From the IMG/VR virus record IMGVR_UViG_3300032285_000409, positions 1 through 63,836 of that record: 63,836 nucleotides of DNA; one strand, 5' to 3'. A program made the translations under genes and the position numbers. The notes below the pieces were generated by a model. It made no database searches and was not told the DNA's origin. It was given only the letters and a program-made list of their open reading frames with translations. Numbering within the stretch: the first letter of the stretch is position 1; each line of letters begins with the position of its first letter. Positions 1-8,330 of this stretch are shown piece by piece. The DNA comes from a virus (taxonomy: Duplodnaviria; Caudoviricetes).

Positions 1-123
1 AGCTGTACGCAGGCAAGGTCACGAACAACGTGGTGCAGGGCACTGCGCGGATTGTGATGACGGACGGGATGCTACGCACATCGAAGAAGTACTTCGTGGC
101 GGGCACGGTGCATGACGAGCAGA
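1..123. repeat. Terminal direct repeat (circular assembly overlap) with 63714..63836
   Basis: First 123 nt are identical to the last 123 nt; the polymerase reading frame continues across the join. Confidence 0.97.
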
Positions 124-266
124 TCGTTGTGGTGCCGGACGCAGAGGTGGAGGACGCTAAGACTTGGGTCTTGGCGCAGATGGTTATGGAACCAAAGTAC
201 ATGCCGGGGATTCCCTTGGCCGCTGACGGTGGTGCACACCGTAGATATGGGTTAGCTAAAAACTGA
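1..266 (+). CDS. polA: Family A DNA polymerase, C-terminal part (continues from 62012)
   Basis: Motif C TVHDEQIV; same frame as the 62012 ORF across the circular join. Confidence 0.93.
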   Translation, partial: LYAGKVTNNVVQGTARIVMTDGMLRTSKKYFVAGTVHDEQIVVVPDAEVEDAKTWVLAQMVMEPKYMPGIPLAADGGAHRRYGLAKN

Positions 267-275
267 AGGAGAAAG

Positions 276-584
276 ATGAAACAAGCAACACTACCAAAGA
301 AAATCAAGGTGGGTGACAGGTGGTACAGCGTCGAGGTCGTTGAGGCCATGCGCGACAAAAGTGAGATGGGCCGTGTCCACTACGACAAGGGCGTCATTGA
401 GCTAGGCAGACGGACACACCACGGTGTGCCGTTCAAGTTGTCAGCGTTGCACGACACGTTCTGGCACGAGGTAACACACGCCATCCTACACAGCATGGGT
501 GAACACCAACTCAATAACCGTGAGGGGTTTGTCGAGGAGTTTGCCAGCAGACTGGCCAAAGCAATTCAATCAGCGAGGTTCTGA
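276..584 (+). CDS. Small HEXXH metallopeptidase-like protein (ImmA/IrrE-like)
   Basis: TFWHEVTHAIL followed by a downstream Glu (EGFVE); RBS AGGAGAAAG. Confidence 0.65.
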   Translation: MKQATLPKKIKVGDRWYSVEVVEAMRDKSEMGRVHYDKGVIELGRRTHHGVPFKLSALHDTFWHEVTHAILHSMGEHQLNNREGFVEEFASRLAKAIQSARF

Positions 585-1252
585 TGACCAATGTGACGTG
601 GAGCCATAGCTCCTTGAAGGATTACGAGGGGTGCCCTCGCCGCTACCATGAGGTGAAGGTGTTGAAGAACTACAAGTTCGAAGACACGCAAGCCACGCTG
701 TACGGCAAGGAGCTTCACGAAGCTGCGGAGTTCTACATCAAGGACGACAAGCCACTGCCGCCGCAGTTCGAGTTCATCAAAGACACGCTTGACGCGCTCA
801 AGGCCAAGCCCGGGCGCAAGTTGTGCGAGTACAAGATGGGGGTGACAGCAGACCTGCGCCCTTGTGACTTCTTGGCCAAGGATGTGTGGGTGCGCGGCAT
901 CGCTGACTTGCTCATCATTGACGACGAGAACCTGACTGCGCGGGTGGTGGACTACAAGACAGGCAACAACAAGTACCCTGATCGGGAGCAGTTGAAGCTG
1001 ATGTCGATGATGGCCTTCGCCCACTTCCCACATATCCGGCGGGTCACATCGGCCTTGCTGTTTGTGGTGAAGAACGATATGGTTAAGTCCAGCATGCTGG
1101 TGGGTGAAGCTGCCGATGCTTGGTGGGATTATCGGGAACGCGTTGCCCGCATTGAACAAGCGCATGCAACGGGCGTATGGAACCCCAAGCCCACGCCACT
1201 ATGCGGCTGGTGCGCGGTCAAGACCTGCGAATACAACACGAAACGGAGCTAA
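584..1252 (+). CDS. PD-(D/E)XK Cas4/RecB-like exonuclease
   Basis: N-terminal SxSSL..Y..CP, GIADLL, VVDYKTG, QL, and C-terminal CGWC..C cluster. Confidence 0.85.
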   Translation: MTNVTWSHSSLKDYEGCPRRYHEVKVLKNYKFEDTQATLYGKELHEAAEFYIKDDKPLPPQFEFIKDTLDALKAKPGRKLCEYKMGVTADLRPCDFLAKDVWVRGIADLLIIDDENLTARVVDYKTGNNKYPDREQLKLMSMMAFAHFPHIRRVTSALLFVVKNDMVKSSMLVGEAADAWWDYRERVARIEQAHATGVWNPKPTPLCGWCAVKTCEYNTKRS

Positions 1253-1254
1253 AC

Positions 1255-1488
1255 ATGACACAGACAAATGGAAAACGCGACTACAAACATGCTTACAAAT
1301 TGCAAAAGAAATCTGGAGAAACAGACGATCAGATTGAGCGTCAAAGAGCGCGTCGTGAATACGACAAGAAGGGCGTGGATCGAGCAGGCAAACACATCGA
1401 CCACATCAAGCCCCTCCGCGCAGGCGGCAAGTCAACACCGGGCAACACCAGACTGCGCAGCCCCAAAGCCAACATGAGCAATAAATAA
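1255..1488 (+). CDS. HNH endonuclease-like protein
   Basis: HIDHIKPLRAGG...GN.R....AN motif; start taken at MTQTNG. Confidence 0.75.
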   Translation: MTQTNGKRDYKHAYKLQKKSGETDDQIERQRARREYDKKGVDRAGKHIDHIKPLRAGGKSTPGNTRLRSPKANMSNK

Positions 1489-1505
1489 AAACACGGAGAA
1501 AGCAA

Positions 1506-3065
1506 ATGGAAATCTTAGAAGACAAAGCTCTGGTCTTCCGCACTCGCAACCCTCACAAATACAAGATCATCCCCAAGCACAAGATCGTTGAGCGCGAGGA
1601 TGGCGGCTACGACGTAGCAGTGTTCTGGGGTCTTGATGAGGTTCGTGTTCTTAAGAACATGGGTGTGCGTGATGTGCCTTCGCCCATCGTTCGGCGCTAC
1701 GACTGGCCGGGCAAGTTCAAACCGATGGCGCACCAGACCGAGACCGCTGCGTTCCTGACGCTCCACAAGAAAGCGTTTGTCTTCAGCGAACCGGGCACTG
1801 GCAAGACACTAGCGGCACTGTGGGCTGCGGACTACCTGATGAAGCGTGGCGAGGTTCGTCGCTGTTTGATTCTGTGTCCGCTGTCCATCATGCAGAGCGC
1901 GTGGCTTAACGACTTGAACAACAGCATCATCCATCGCTCGGCCATTGTCGCGCACCACGCGCAATCTAGTCGCCGCATTGAGATGATTCAGCAAGACTAC
2001 GAGTTCGTCATCTGCAACTACGACGGGCTTAACTTAATCTCACAAGAGATCGTCAATGACGGGCGCTTTGATCTCATCATTGTGGACGAGGCCAACGCTT
2101 ACAAGACCATCACAACCAAACGATGGAAGACACTCAAGTCCATCATGCGCCCTGATACGCTGCTGTGGATGATGACAGGTACGCCTGCATCGCAGTCGCC
2201 TGCTGATGCGTACGGTCTAGCCAAACTGGTGAACCCAGACAACGTGCCCAAGTTCTTCACATCATGGCGCGATCAGGTGATGAACAAGATCACCATGTTC
2301 AAGTGGGCACCCAAGCCCAACGCCCCCGAGATTGTGCACAACGCTTTGCAACCGGCCATCCGGTTCACCAAAGACCAATGCCTTGACCTGCCGCCTGTCA
2401 TCACCATGACGCGCGAGGTGCCACTCACACCGCAGCAGAAGAAGTACTACGACCTGCTCAAAGATCGCATGCTGGTGCAAGCAGCAGGTGAGACCATCAC
2501 AGCGGTCAACGCCGCTGCTGGCGTGAGCAAGCTGCTACAGATTTCCTGTGGCGCTGCTTACACCGATGACAAAGAGGTGGTTGAGTTCGATGCGGCTCCC
2601 AGATTGGGAGTTTTGGAGGAGATTCTGGAGGAGACCACACGCAAAGTCATCATCTTTGCCATGTTCCGCAGCACCATTGTGGGCATCCACAGTCACCTGC
2701 TCAAGAAAGGCATAGCCGCAGAGATCATCGATGGTAGTGTGACAGCCAGCAAACGAGGCGACATCATCCACCGCTTCCAGAACCAACCTGACCCCCGCGT
2801 GTTGGTCATGCAGCCGCAAGCTACCGCCCACGGGATTACCCTAACTGCTGCTGACACGGTGGTGTTCTATGGCCCGCTGATGAGCGTGGAGCAGTACGTG
2901 CAGTGTATCGCCCGCGCTGACCGCAAAGGTCAGAATTCTGACAAGGTTACGGTGGTGCACATTCAGGGTTCGCCCATCGAGAAGCGAATGTTTAAGGCCC
3001 TCGAGAACAAAGTGAGTGATAACTCACTTCTGACCGAGATGTTTGAAACAGAAATAAAGTCGTGA
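1506..3065 (+). CDS. SNF2-family helicase
   Basis: EPGTGKT Walker A, IIVDEA, MTGTP, HGITLT, Q..AR..RKGQ motifs. Confidence 0.92.
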   Translation: MEILEDKALVFRTRNPHKYKIIPKHKIVEREDGGYDVAVFWGLDEVRVLKNMGVRDVPSPIVRRYDWPGKFKPMAHQTETAAFLTLHKKAFVFSEPGTGKTLAALWAADYLMKRGEVRRCLILCPLSIMQSAWLNDLNNSIIHRSAIVAHHAQSSRRIEMIQQDYEFVICNYDGLNLISQEIVNDGRFDLIIVDEANAYKTITTKRWKTLKSIMRPDTLLWMMTGTPASQSPADAYGLAKLVNPDNVPKFFTSWRDQVMNKITMFKWAPKPNAPEIVHNALQPAIRFTKDQCLDLPPVITMTREVPLTPQQKKYYDLLKDRMLVQAAGETITAVNAAAGVSKLLQISCGAAYTDDKEVVEFDAAPRLGVLEEILEETTRKVIIFAMFRSTIVGIHSHLLKKGIAAEIIDGSVTASKRGDIIHRFQNQPDPRVLVMQPQATAHGITLTAADTVVFYGPLMSVEQYVQCIARADRKGQNSDKVTVVHIQGSPIEKRMFKALENKVSDNSLLTEMFETEIKS

Positions 3066-3071
3066 AAGGAG

Positions 3072-3114
3072 TTGCAAACCACAGAAAACTATGTAAACTG
3101 TCTAACCCTTGACA
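3072..3114 (+). promoter_or_regulatory. Sigma70-like promoter (TTGCAA-N16-TAAACT) overlapped by operator TGTCTAACCCTTGACA
   Basis: Intergenic position; the operator-like 16-mer recurs at 51685 and 58643. Confidence 0.55.
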
Positions 3115-3133
3115 ACAAAAAATGGAGAAAGCA

Positions 3134-3538
3134 ATGAGTACCACAGAGGAAGAAGAGGTCATACCACTCGACAGATTGGTTGTGATCCACAGCAAAATCA
3201 AAGGCCGCATCGAGGCGCTCGACAGTCAGATCGCAGCACTCGAAGAGCAGCGCACGGAAGTGCGTATGGCCATCAAAGACCGTATGAAAGCCCAAGGCGT
3301 GAAGACGGTCAGTACCGATTCGGGGACGGTCTCCCTGATTACAAAGACGCGCTACAACACGCAGGACTGGGACTCCTTCAAGAAATTTATTCTTGAGCAC
3401 GAAGTCGTTGACCTGTTGGAGAAGCGCATCGCGCAATCAAATATGGCGACCTTCCTTGAAGAAAACCCGGGGGTTGTTCCTCCGGGCATGAACTCTATTA
3501 CCGAGTTCGACATCCGTGTAACTAAGTCCAGAAAGTAA
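3134..3538 (+). CDS. Conserved phage coiled-coil protein (replication module)
   Basis: RBS GGAGAAAGCA-ATG; coiled-coil N-terminus; DWDSF..FI motif; position upstream of the SSB-like gene. Confidence 0.7.
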   Translation: MSTTEEEEVIPLDRLVVIHSKIKGRIEALDSQIAALEEQRTEVRMAIKDRMKAQGVKTVSTDSGTVSLITKTRYNTQDWDSFKKFILEHEVVDLLEKRIAQSNMATFLEENPGVVPPGMNSITEFDIRVTKSRK

Positions 3539-3546
3539 ACCCCATC

Positions 3547-4506
3547 ATGAGTAACGTAACGCTTTTTAACGCATCCAAAGTACCCGCATTTGCCCGCAAC
3601 AACGAACTGTCTGAGACAGCCAAAGCCCTCACAGGCGGCGGCACAGGCCAGAGCATCAAGCGCATCTCCATCAAAGGTGGTGTGTTCCGTCTGGTCGCTG
3701 GCGGTAAGGAGATGGCATCCATTGACGACCGCCACCTCGATGTCATCATCGTTAAGGCTGCGCCCAAGGTTAGCCGTATCTTCTACGCTAAGTCTTACGA
3801 TGCTGACAACATTGCTGGCCCTGATTGCTGGAGCAACGATGGCGAGAAGCCTGATGCGTCTATCACGAACCCGCAAGCTACCACATGTATGAGTTGCCCT
3901 CAGAACGTGGCTGGCTCTGGTCAAGGCAATAGCCGCGCATGCCGCTACCAACAGCGCATGGCTGTCGTGTTGGAGAACAACCCCACAGGGGACGTGTTGC
4001 AGTTGACGCTGCCTGCTACGTCGATCTTCGGTAAAGAGGAAGGTGACAAGCGCCCCTTACAGGCATACGCCCGCTACTTGGCGCTGCAAAGCCCACCCAT
4101 CAACCCCGAGCAGATCGTCACGCGCATGCGCTTCGACACCAAGGCAGAAAGCCCCAAGCTGTACTTCCAACCGGTTCGCTGGCTGGAGGAGAGCGAGTAC
4201 GAGACGGTGCTGCAACAAGCTGAATCCGCTGATGCACAGCGTGCAGTTGTGATGACTGTGGCGCAGGTCGATGGCGTTAAGGGTAAACCCGCAGCAGCCC
4301 CCTTGGCTATCCCCGGCAAGAACCCCGCAGCTACCAAGGTCGAAGCTGAAGAGGAAGAAGCACCCAAGGCCAAAGCCCCCAAGACCAAGCCCGTAGCCGA
4401 CATGGATGACGAGCCAGAAGTCCGCAAGGCACCCGCCAAGGACACCGCAGTGCCCGCCAAGAAGAGTAAACTGGCAGACATCGTGTCTGACTGGGATGAT
4501 GAGTGA
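3547..4506 (+). CDS. Putative single-stranded DNA-binding protein
   Basis: Beta-rich core with Cys cluster, low-complexity linker and acidic-aromatic tail (SDWDDE); replication-module context. Confidence 0.6.
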   Translation: MSNVTLFNASKVPAFARNNELSETAKALTGGGTGQSIKRISIKGGVFRLVAGGKEMASIDDRHLDVIIVKAAPKVSRIFYAKSYDADNIAGPDCWSNDGEKPDASITNPQATTCMSCPQNVAGSGQGNSRACRYQQRMAVVLENNPTGDVLQLTLPATSIFGKEEGDKRPLQAYARYLALQSPPINPEQIVTRMRFDTKAESPKLYFQPVRWLEESEYETVLQQAESADAQRAVVMTVAQVDGVKGKPAAAPLAIPGKNPAATKVEAEEEEAPKAKAPKTKPVADMDDEPEVRKAPAKDTAVPAKKSKLADIVSDWDDE

Positions 4507-4514
4507 GGCCCACC

Positions 4515-4745
4515 ATGAGTAAAGATATTGCAGCAGAACGCTTCGCTACACCCGTGTTTGTCTTGAACGGCATACCGCACCTACCCCACTACCGCAACAG
4601 CAGCGTGTACGTTGGCCCCGGCTATCCACGCCAGAATCAGAAGTTTTATTCTGAGGAAGAGTTGATGCAGGCCGGAGCCGTCAAATCGTCTGAGTTGTTG
4701 TGGCATCGAGGCACCACGGGCACCATAAGCCCGGGCAATTTGTAA
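4515..4745 (+). CDS. Hypothetical protein
   Basis: ORF with GAGG RBS in the co-oriented gene run. Confidence 0.6.
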   Translation: MSKDIAAERFATPVFVLNGIPHLPHYRNSSVYVGPGYPRQNQKFYSEEELMQAGAVKSSELLWHRGTTGTISPGNL

Positions 4746-4753
4746 GGAGTATC

Positions 4754-4816
4754 GGGGGGAAAGCGGATGCTGGCGCTAATGTGGGTTCATCCACGACCGG
4801 TGCAGCGAGTACCCCC
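4754..4816 (+). ncRNA. Candidate structured RNA with loop-E/sarcin-ricin-like motif
   Basis: G-run/CCCCC closing stem, GAA opposite AGUA, nested UGC/GCA, CUGG/CCGG and GUGG/CCAC stems; intergenic. Confidence 0.5.
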
Positions 4817-4827
4817 ACCTACCAAAT

Positions 4828-5106
4828 ATGGCCTATTCACAAAGAATCATCGACACTGTAATGGCAGCGCCCAAAACCCCCGGCAATCAGTTGGGGCGAT
4901 GGGCTATTCACCTTGACTTCCCTGTCACCAAGATAGCGGAAGCGTTGGGTGTTACACGACAGACGGTCTACAACTGGTTCGAGGGCAAGGACGTGTTCGT
5001 TGCCTACCAAAACCGTGTGGAACTTTTACTAAAAATTATGCAGTCGTCACGCACAGCGGACGAGGCTTGGAGAAAAATATGTCAAGAATACAACCTAGAA
5101 CCCTGA
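4828..5106 (+). CDS. Cro/XRE-like helix-turn-helix regulator
   Basis: VTKIAEALGVTRQTVYNWFEG is a classic HTH. Confidence 0.85.
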   Translation: MAYSQRIIDTVMAAPKTPGNQLGRWAIHLDFPVTKIAEALGVTRQTVYNWFEGKDVFVAYQNRVELLLKIMQSSRTADEAWRKICQEYNLEP

Positions 5107-5270
5107 GTAACAGTGAGCTTATCAGCCTCTGTGTTGATTATCTGGATGATCCTGAAGGTTTCCCCCACGCAGTTCAACACGAGCTACTGCGCCGTTTCAT
5201 TGCGCTTGCGCCTCTCAACGAGTTTCCTCCCAAAGACGAACGCCAACTCGACCTGTTCTTAGACAAGTAA
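5079..5270 (+). CDS. Hypothetical protein
   Basis: ORF with GGAG RBS; C-terminal QLDLF resembles the bacterial beta-clamp-binding consensus QL[SD]LF. Confidence 0.6.
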   Translation: MSRIQPRTLSNSELISLCVDYLDDPEGFPHAVQHELLRRFIALAPLNEFPPKDERQLDLFLDK

Positions 5271-5284
5271 CCTGAAGGATTGTT

Positions 5285-8176
5285 ATGACCCCGCTTGAGT
5301 TTCTAGCGGTAGTCCTGCCGTCCCCGGGTGATGGGTACTATTGCGCGGCAGGATTTACAAAAACAAAGAAGGAGCACAAATATGAGCAATCGTTGGAGAA
5401 CTTACTCGCCCCTATAGGGGCATGGCACAACAAGAAACAAGACTGCTATTTCGCACTGGCGACCTTTGCCGAGGCAGGTAGTCGTGAGGCAACCAACGCC
5501 ACGCACCTGCGCAGCCTGTTCATTGATATGGACGGCTACGCCAGCAAGAAGGAAGCTGCCGCTGCACTTAACGAGTTCTTGGCCAAGACTGGTCTGGACT
5601 TGTTGGGTACGCCCTACATCGTGGGGTCTGGCGGTGGTCTACACTGCTACTGGCCACTGACGGAGGACGTCGAGGTGTCGGAGTGGAAGCCCGCTGCTGA
5701 AGCGCTCAAGCGCCTGTGTAAACAGGAAGGCATGCGCATCGACATGGCTGTGACGGCTGACGCTGCCCGCGTACTGCGGGTGCCTGATACCACCAACTTC
5801 AAGCCCAAGTACGATACGCCGCGCCCAGTGCGCCTACTGGCGGAGGGTGACACCTTCGACTTCCACGTACTGGCTGACCACATCAAGAGCATGCTCAAGG
5901 CTCCAGTACCCACCTTGCCCGGGGCATCGCTGGCCCTGCCGGGGAAGAGGCCGACCAGTGTCACTCCTTCTGCTACGGCGGTTAAGCTGTTTGAGAACAG
6001 CGTGACCAAGTTCAAAACCATCCTGCGCAAAACCAAAGACGGTCAAGGCTGCGGTCAAATCCGACACTACATCGAGAACGCAACTGATGACGAGATGGAG
6101 CCGCTCTGGCGTGCCGCATTGAGCATTGCGCAGAAGTGCGAAGAAGCGCCCAAGGCTGTGGTCTGGCTGTCTGACCTGCACCCGTACGACCACAACCGGA
6201 TGAACCAGAAGTTGCACAGCATCAAGGGGCCATACTCCTGCGTGTCGTTCGACTCTATCAACCCGGGCATCTGCGAGAACTGCCAGCACTGGGGCAAGAT
6301 CACCAACCCGCTGGCGTTGGGGCGCGAGACAGCCGTCAGTGTCGAAGCTAAAGAGATCGAGGTGCCGGACAAAGTGGACGGCAAACCCCGCAAGATGCTG
6401 CGCCCAGAGCCACCCAAGGGCTACGTGTACGGCAACCAAGGCGGTATCTACATCGAGAAGGAAGACACCGACCAGCAAGGCAACGTGAGCAAGCGCCATG
6501 TCATGCTGCTGCCGTACGATATGTTTCCTGTGGACATCCTCAACGAGAACGGTGACCACTTCGTGCTGATGTATGCGTCTCGTAGCAGTGGGTTTGTTGA
6601 CATCAAGCTGCCGCAGAAATGCGTGGCTAGTCCTGACGAGACGATCAAGTTCCTGATGAACAAGAACATCGTGGCTTCGTTCGGTCGGGGCAACGACAAG
6701 AACCTGTTTGATTACGTTCGCGCTTCTGTTGAGAAACTCAGCATGGAGAAGAACCCCATCGTTATCCCGCAGAGCTACGGCTGGCAGGAAGACGACACCT
6801 ATGTGTTTGCAGGGTCTATCTACGCAAAGGACTCCGAGCCTATCGCCGTGCCGATGCAAGGGCTGGAGAACATCGTGGCTAACACCAAGCCCACCGGGGA
6901 ACTGGACAAGTGGGTCAAGGTCATCAATATGATGATCCGCCGCAAGATGTGGGATCACTTAACAATTATGTTATTTGGTGCTGGCGCTCCGCTGATGCGC
7001 TTCACGGGTCTGTACGGCATGACGGTTCACTGCGCATCAAGCGAGTCGGGTACTGGCAAGTCTTTGGCACTGGATACTGCCGCTTCTGTGTGGGGTCACC
7101 CAGTGCACTACCGTACCGGTTCTGGTACGTCTGCTGTGGCTATGCAACAACGCCTTGGCCTGCTGCGCAGCAACCCGCTCATCACCGATGAGATCACCAC
7201 CAACAACCGCGTGGACTTTGAGTGGTTCCCTGCCTTCCTCTTCAGTATGAGCGAAGGGCGCGGCAAAGAGCGCATGGAGTCGGGTGCCAACAAGGAGCGT
7301 CTGAACCTCTCGATCTGGCAGACCGTCGCCATCATGTCCTCGAACCGCCCTGCGGTGGACTATATGACCGGTGCGCGGCAACACTCATCTGAGGGTGAAC
7401 TGCGCCGTCTGTTGGAATACATCATGGACGAGAAGCTCGACTGGTCACCGGAAGAGATCGAAATCATCAAGTCTTTGCAGCAGAACTATGCGGTAGCTGG
7501 CGACGTGTTGGTGCGCTACTTCGTGAACAACGTGGGCTATTTAAAGACGCTGCTGCCCGAGACCGTGCAGCAGATGTACCGGGAGTTCAAAGCGCCCAAC
7601 GACGAACGCTTCTGGATGGCTGGCTGTGCGTGTGCTGTGGCGGCTGGGATTTTGTTCAACAGCAAGCATACCGGGCTGGTGGACATCCCCATGCAGGAGA
7701 TCATCGAGAGCCTGCGCGGTCACATCAGCACCATGCGCTCCAGTATCAAGGGTGGCAAGCGCACCGCCGAGGACGTGCTCAACGGCTTCATTCAAGAGTA
7801 CCAAGGCCGCTTCGTGGTGGTCAAGTTTGGCGAGAAGGCTGGCCCATTGGCGCACTTCCACGACGGTTCGATTGTTGGCAAAAATACAACACGGGCCGAA
7901 GTTATGGGGCGTGTGGAACACGGCGTCACGGCTGGCTGCGTGGACTTCTTCATCGAGGAGAGATTGTTCAAGGCGTACTGCTCGAACATGAGCTTTAGTT
8001 ACACAAATTTGAAGAAACAGCTTGAGGCGTTGTTTACGGTGAGTTATGTTCCGAAGAAAGACATGATGGCCAAGACTGATGCGCCACCGATGCGGGTCTC
8101 AGCCATGAAGATAAGCCGCAAGATCAACGAGCATGAAGAAGCTATTAACAGTCAACTACCCGTGGTCGAAAACTGA
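5285..8176 (+). CDS. Primase-helicase (RepB-like primase, Cys cluster, DUF927/superfamily 3-type ATPase)
   Basis: FIDMD, SGGGLHCYW, RVLRVP.T.N.K primase motifs; SGTGKS Walker A; ITDE Walker B. Confidence 0.85.
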   Translation: MTPLEFLAVVLPSPGDGYYCAAGFTKTKKEHKYEQSLENLLAPIGAWHNKKQDCYFALATFAEAGSREATNATHLRSLFIDMDGYASKKEAAAALNEFLAKTGLDLLGTPYIVGSGGGLHCYWPLTEDVEVSEWKPAAEALKRLCKQEGMRIDMAVTADAARVLRVPDTTNFKPKYDTPRPVRLLAEGDTFDFHVLADHIKSMLKAPVPTLPGASLALPGKRPTSVTPSATAVKLFENSVTKFKTILRKTKDGQGCGQIRHYIENATDDEMEPLWRAALSIAQKCEEAPKAVVWLSDLHPYDHNRMNQKLHSIKGPYSCVSFDSINPGICENCQHWGKITNPLALGRETAVSVEAKEIEVPDKVDGKPRKMLRPEPPKGYVYGNQGGIYIEKEDTDQQGNVSKRHVMLLPYDMFPVDILNENGDHFVLMYASRSSGFVDIKLPQKCVASPDETIKFLMNKNIVASFGRGNDKNLFDYVRASVEKLSMEKNPIVIPQSYGWQEDDTYVFAGSIYAKDSEPIAVPMQGLENIVANTKPTGELDKWVKVINMMIRRKMWDHLTIMLFGAGAPLMRFTGLYGMTVHCASSESGTGKSLALDTAASVWGHPVHYRTGSGTSAVAMQQRLGLLRSNPLITDEITTNNRVDFEWFPAFLFSMSEGRGKERMESGANKERLNLSIWQTVAIMSSNRPAVDYMTGARQHSSEGELRRLLEYIMDEKLDWSPEEIEIIKSLQQNYAVAGDVLVRYFVNNVGYLKTLLPETVQQMYREFKAPNDERFWMAGCACAVAAGILFNSKHTGLVDIPMQEIIESLRGHISTMRSSIKGGKRTAEDVLNGFIQEYQGRFVVVKFGEKAGPLAHFHDGSIVGKNTTRAEVMGRVEHGVTAGCVDFFIEERLFKAYCSNMSFSYTNLKKQLEALFTVSYVPKKDMMAKTDAPPMRVSAMKISRKINEHEEAINSQLPVVEN

Positions 8177-8330
8177 AAGGGGGCAGGGGTTCTTTGTCCC
8201 CTGCCTCGACACGGACGCCATCAAGTTGGCTGGACTGAATGCGGCGCTGACGCACCGCATCCTTAATGCCAAGGCTTACGCTGGCATTAAGGACGGTTTG
8301 ATTGGCGTGTGGTTCTTCAGGCCCGGTTAG
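8133..8330 (+). CDS. Hypothetical protein
   Basis: YPW...GQGFFVP...GVWFFR; last gene of the + arm. Confidence 0.6.
   Translation: MKKLLTVNYPWSKTERGQGFFVPCLDTDAIKLAGLNAALTHRILNAKAYAGIKDGLIGVWFFRPG

Noticed and set aside
1-123. Terminal repeat as a biological DTR
   Set aside because: It falls in the middle of the polymerase gene, so it is best explained as assembler overlap of a circular contig
4754-4816. tRNA or intrinsic terminator
   Set aside because: No TTCGA T-loop or cloverleaf, and no U-tract
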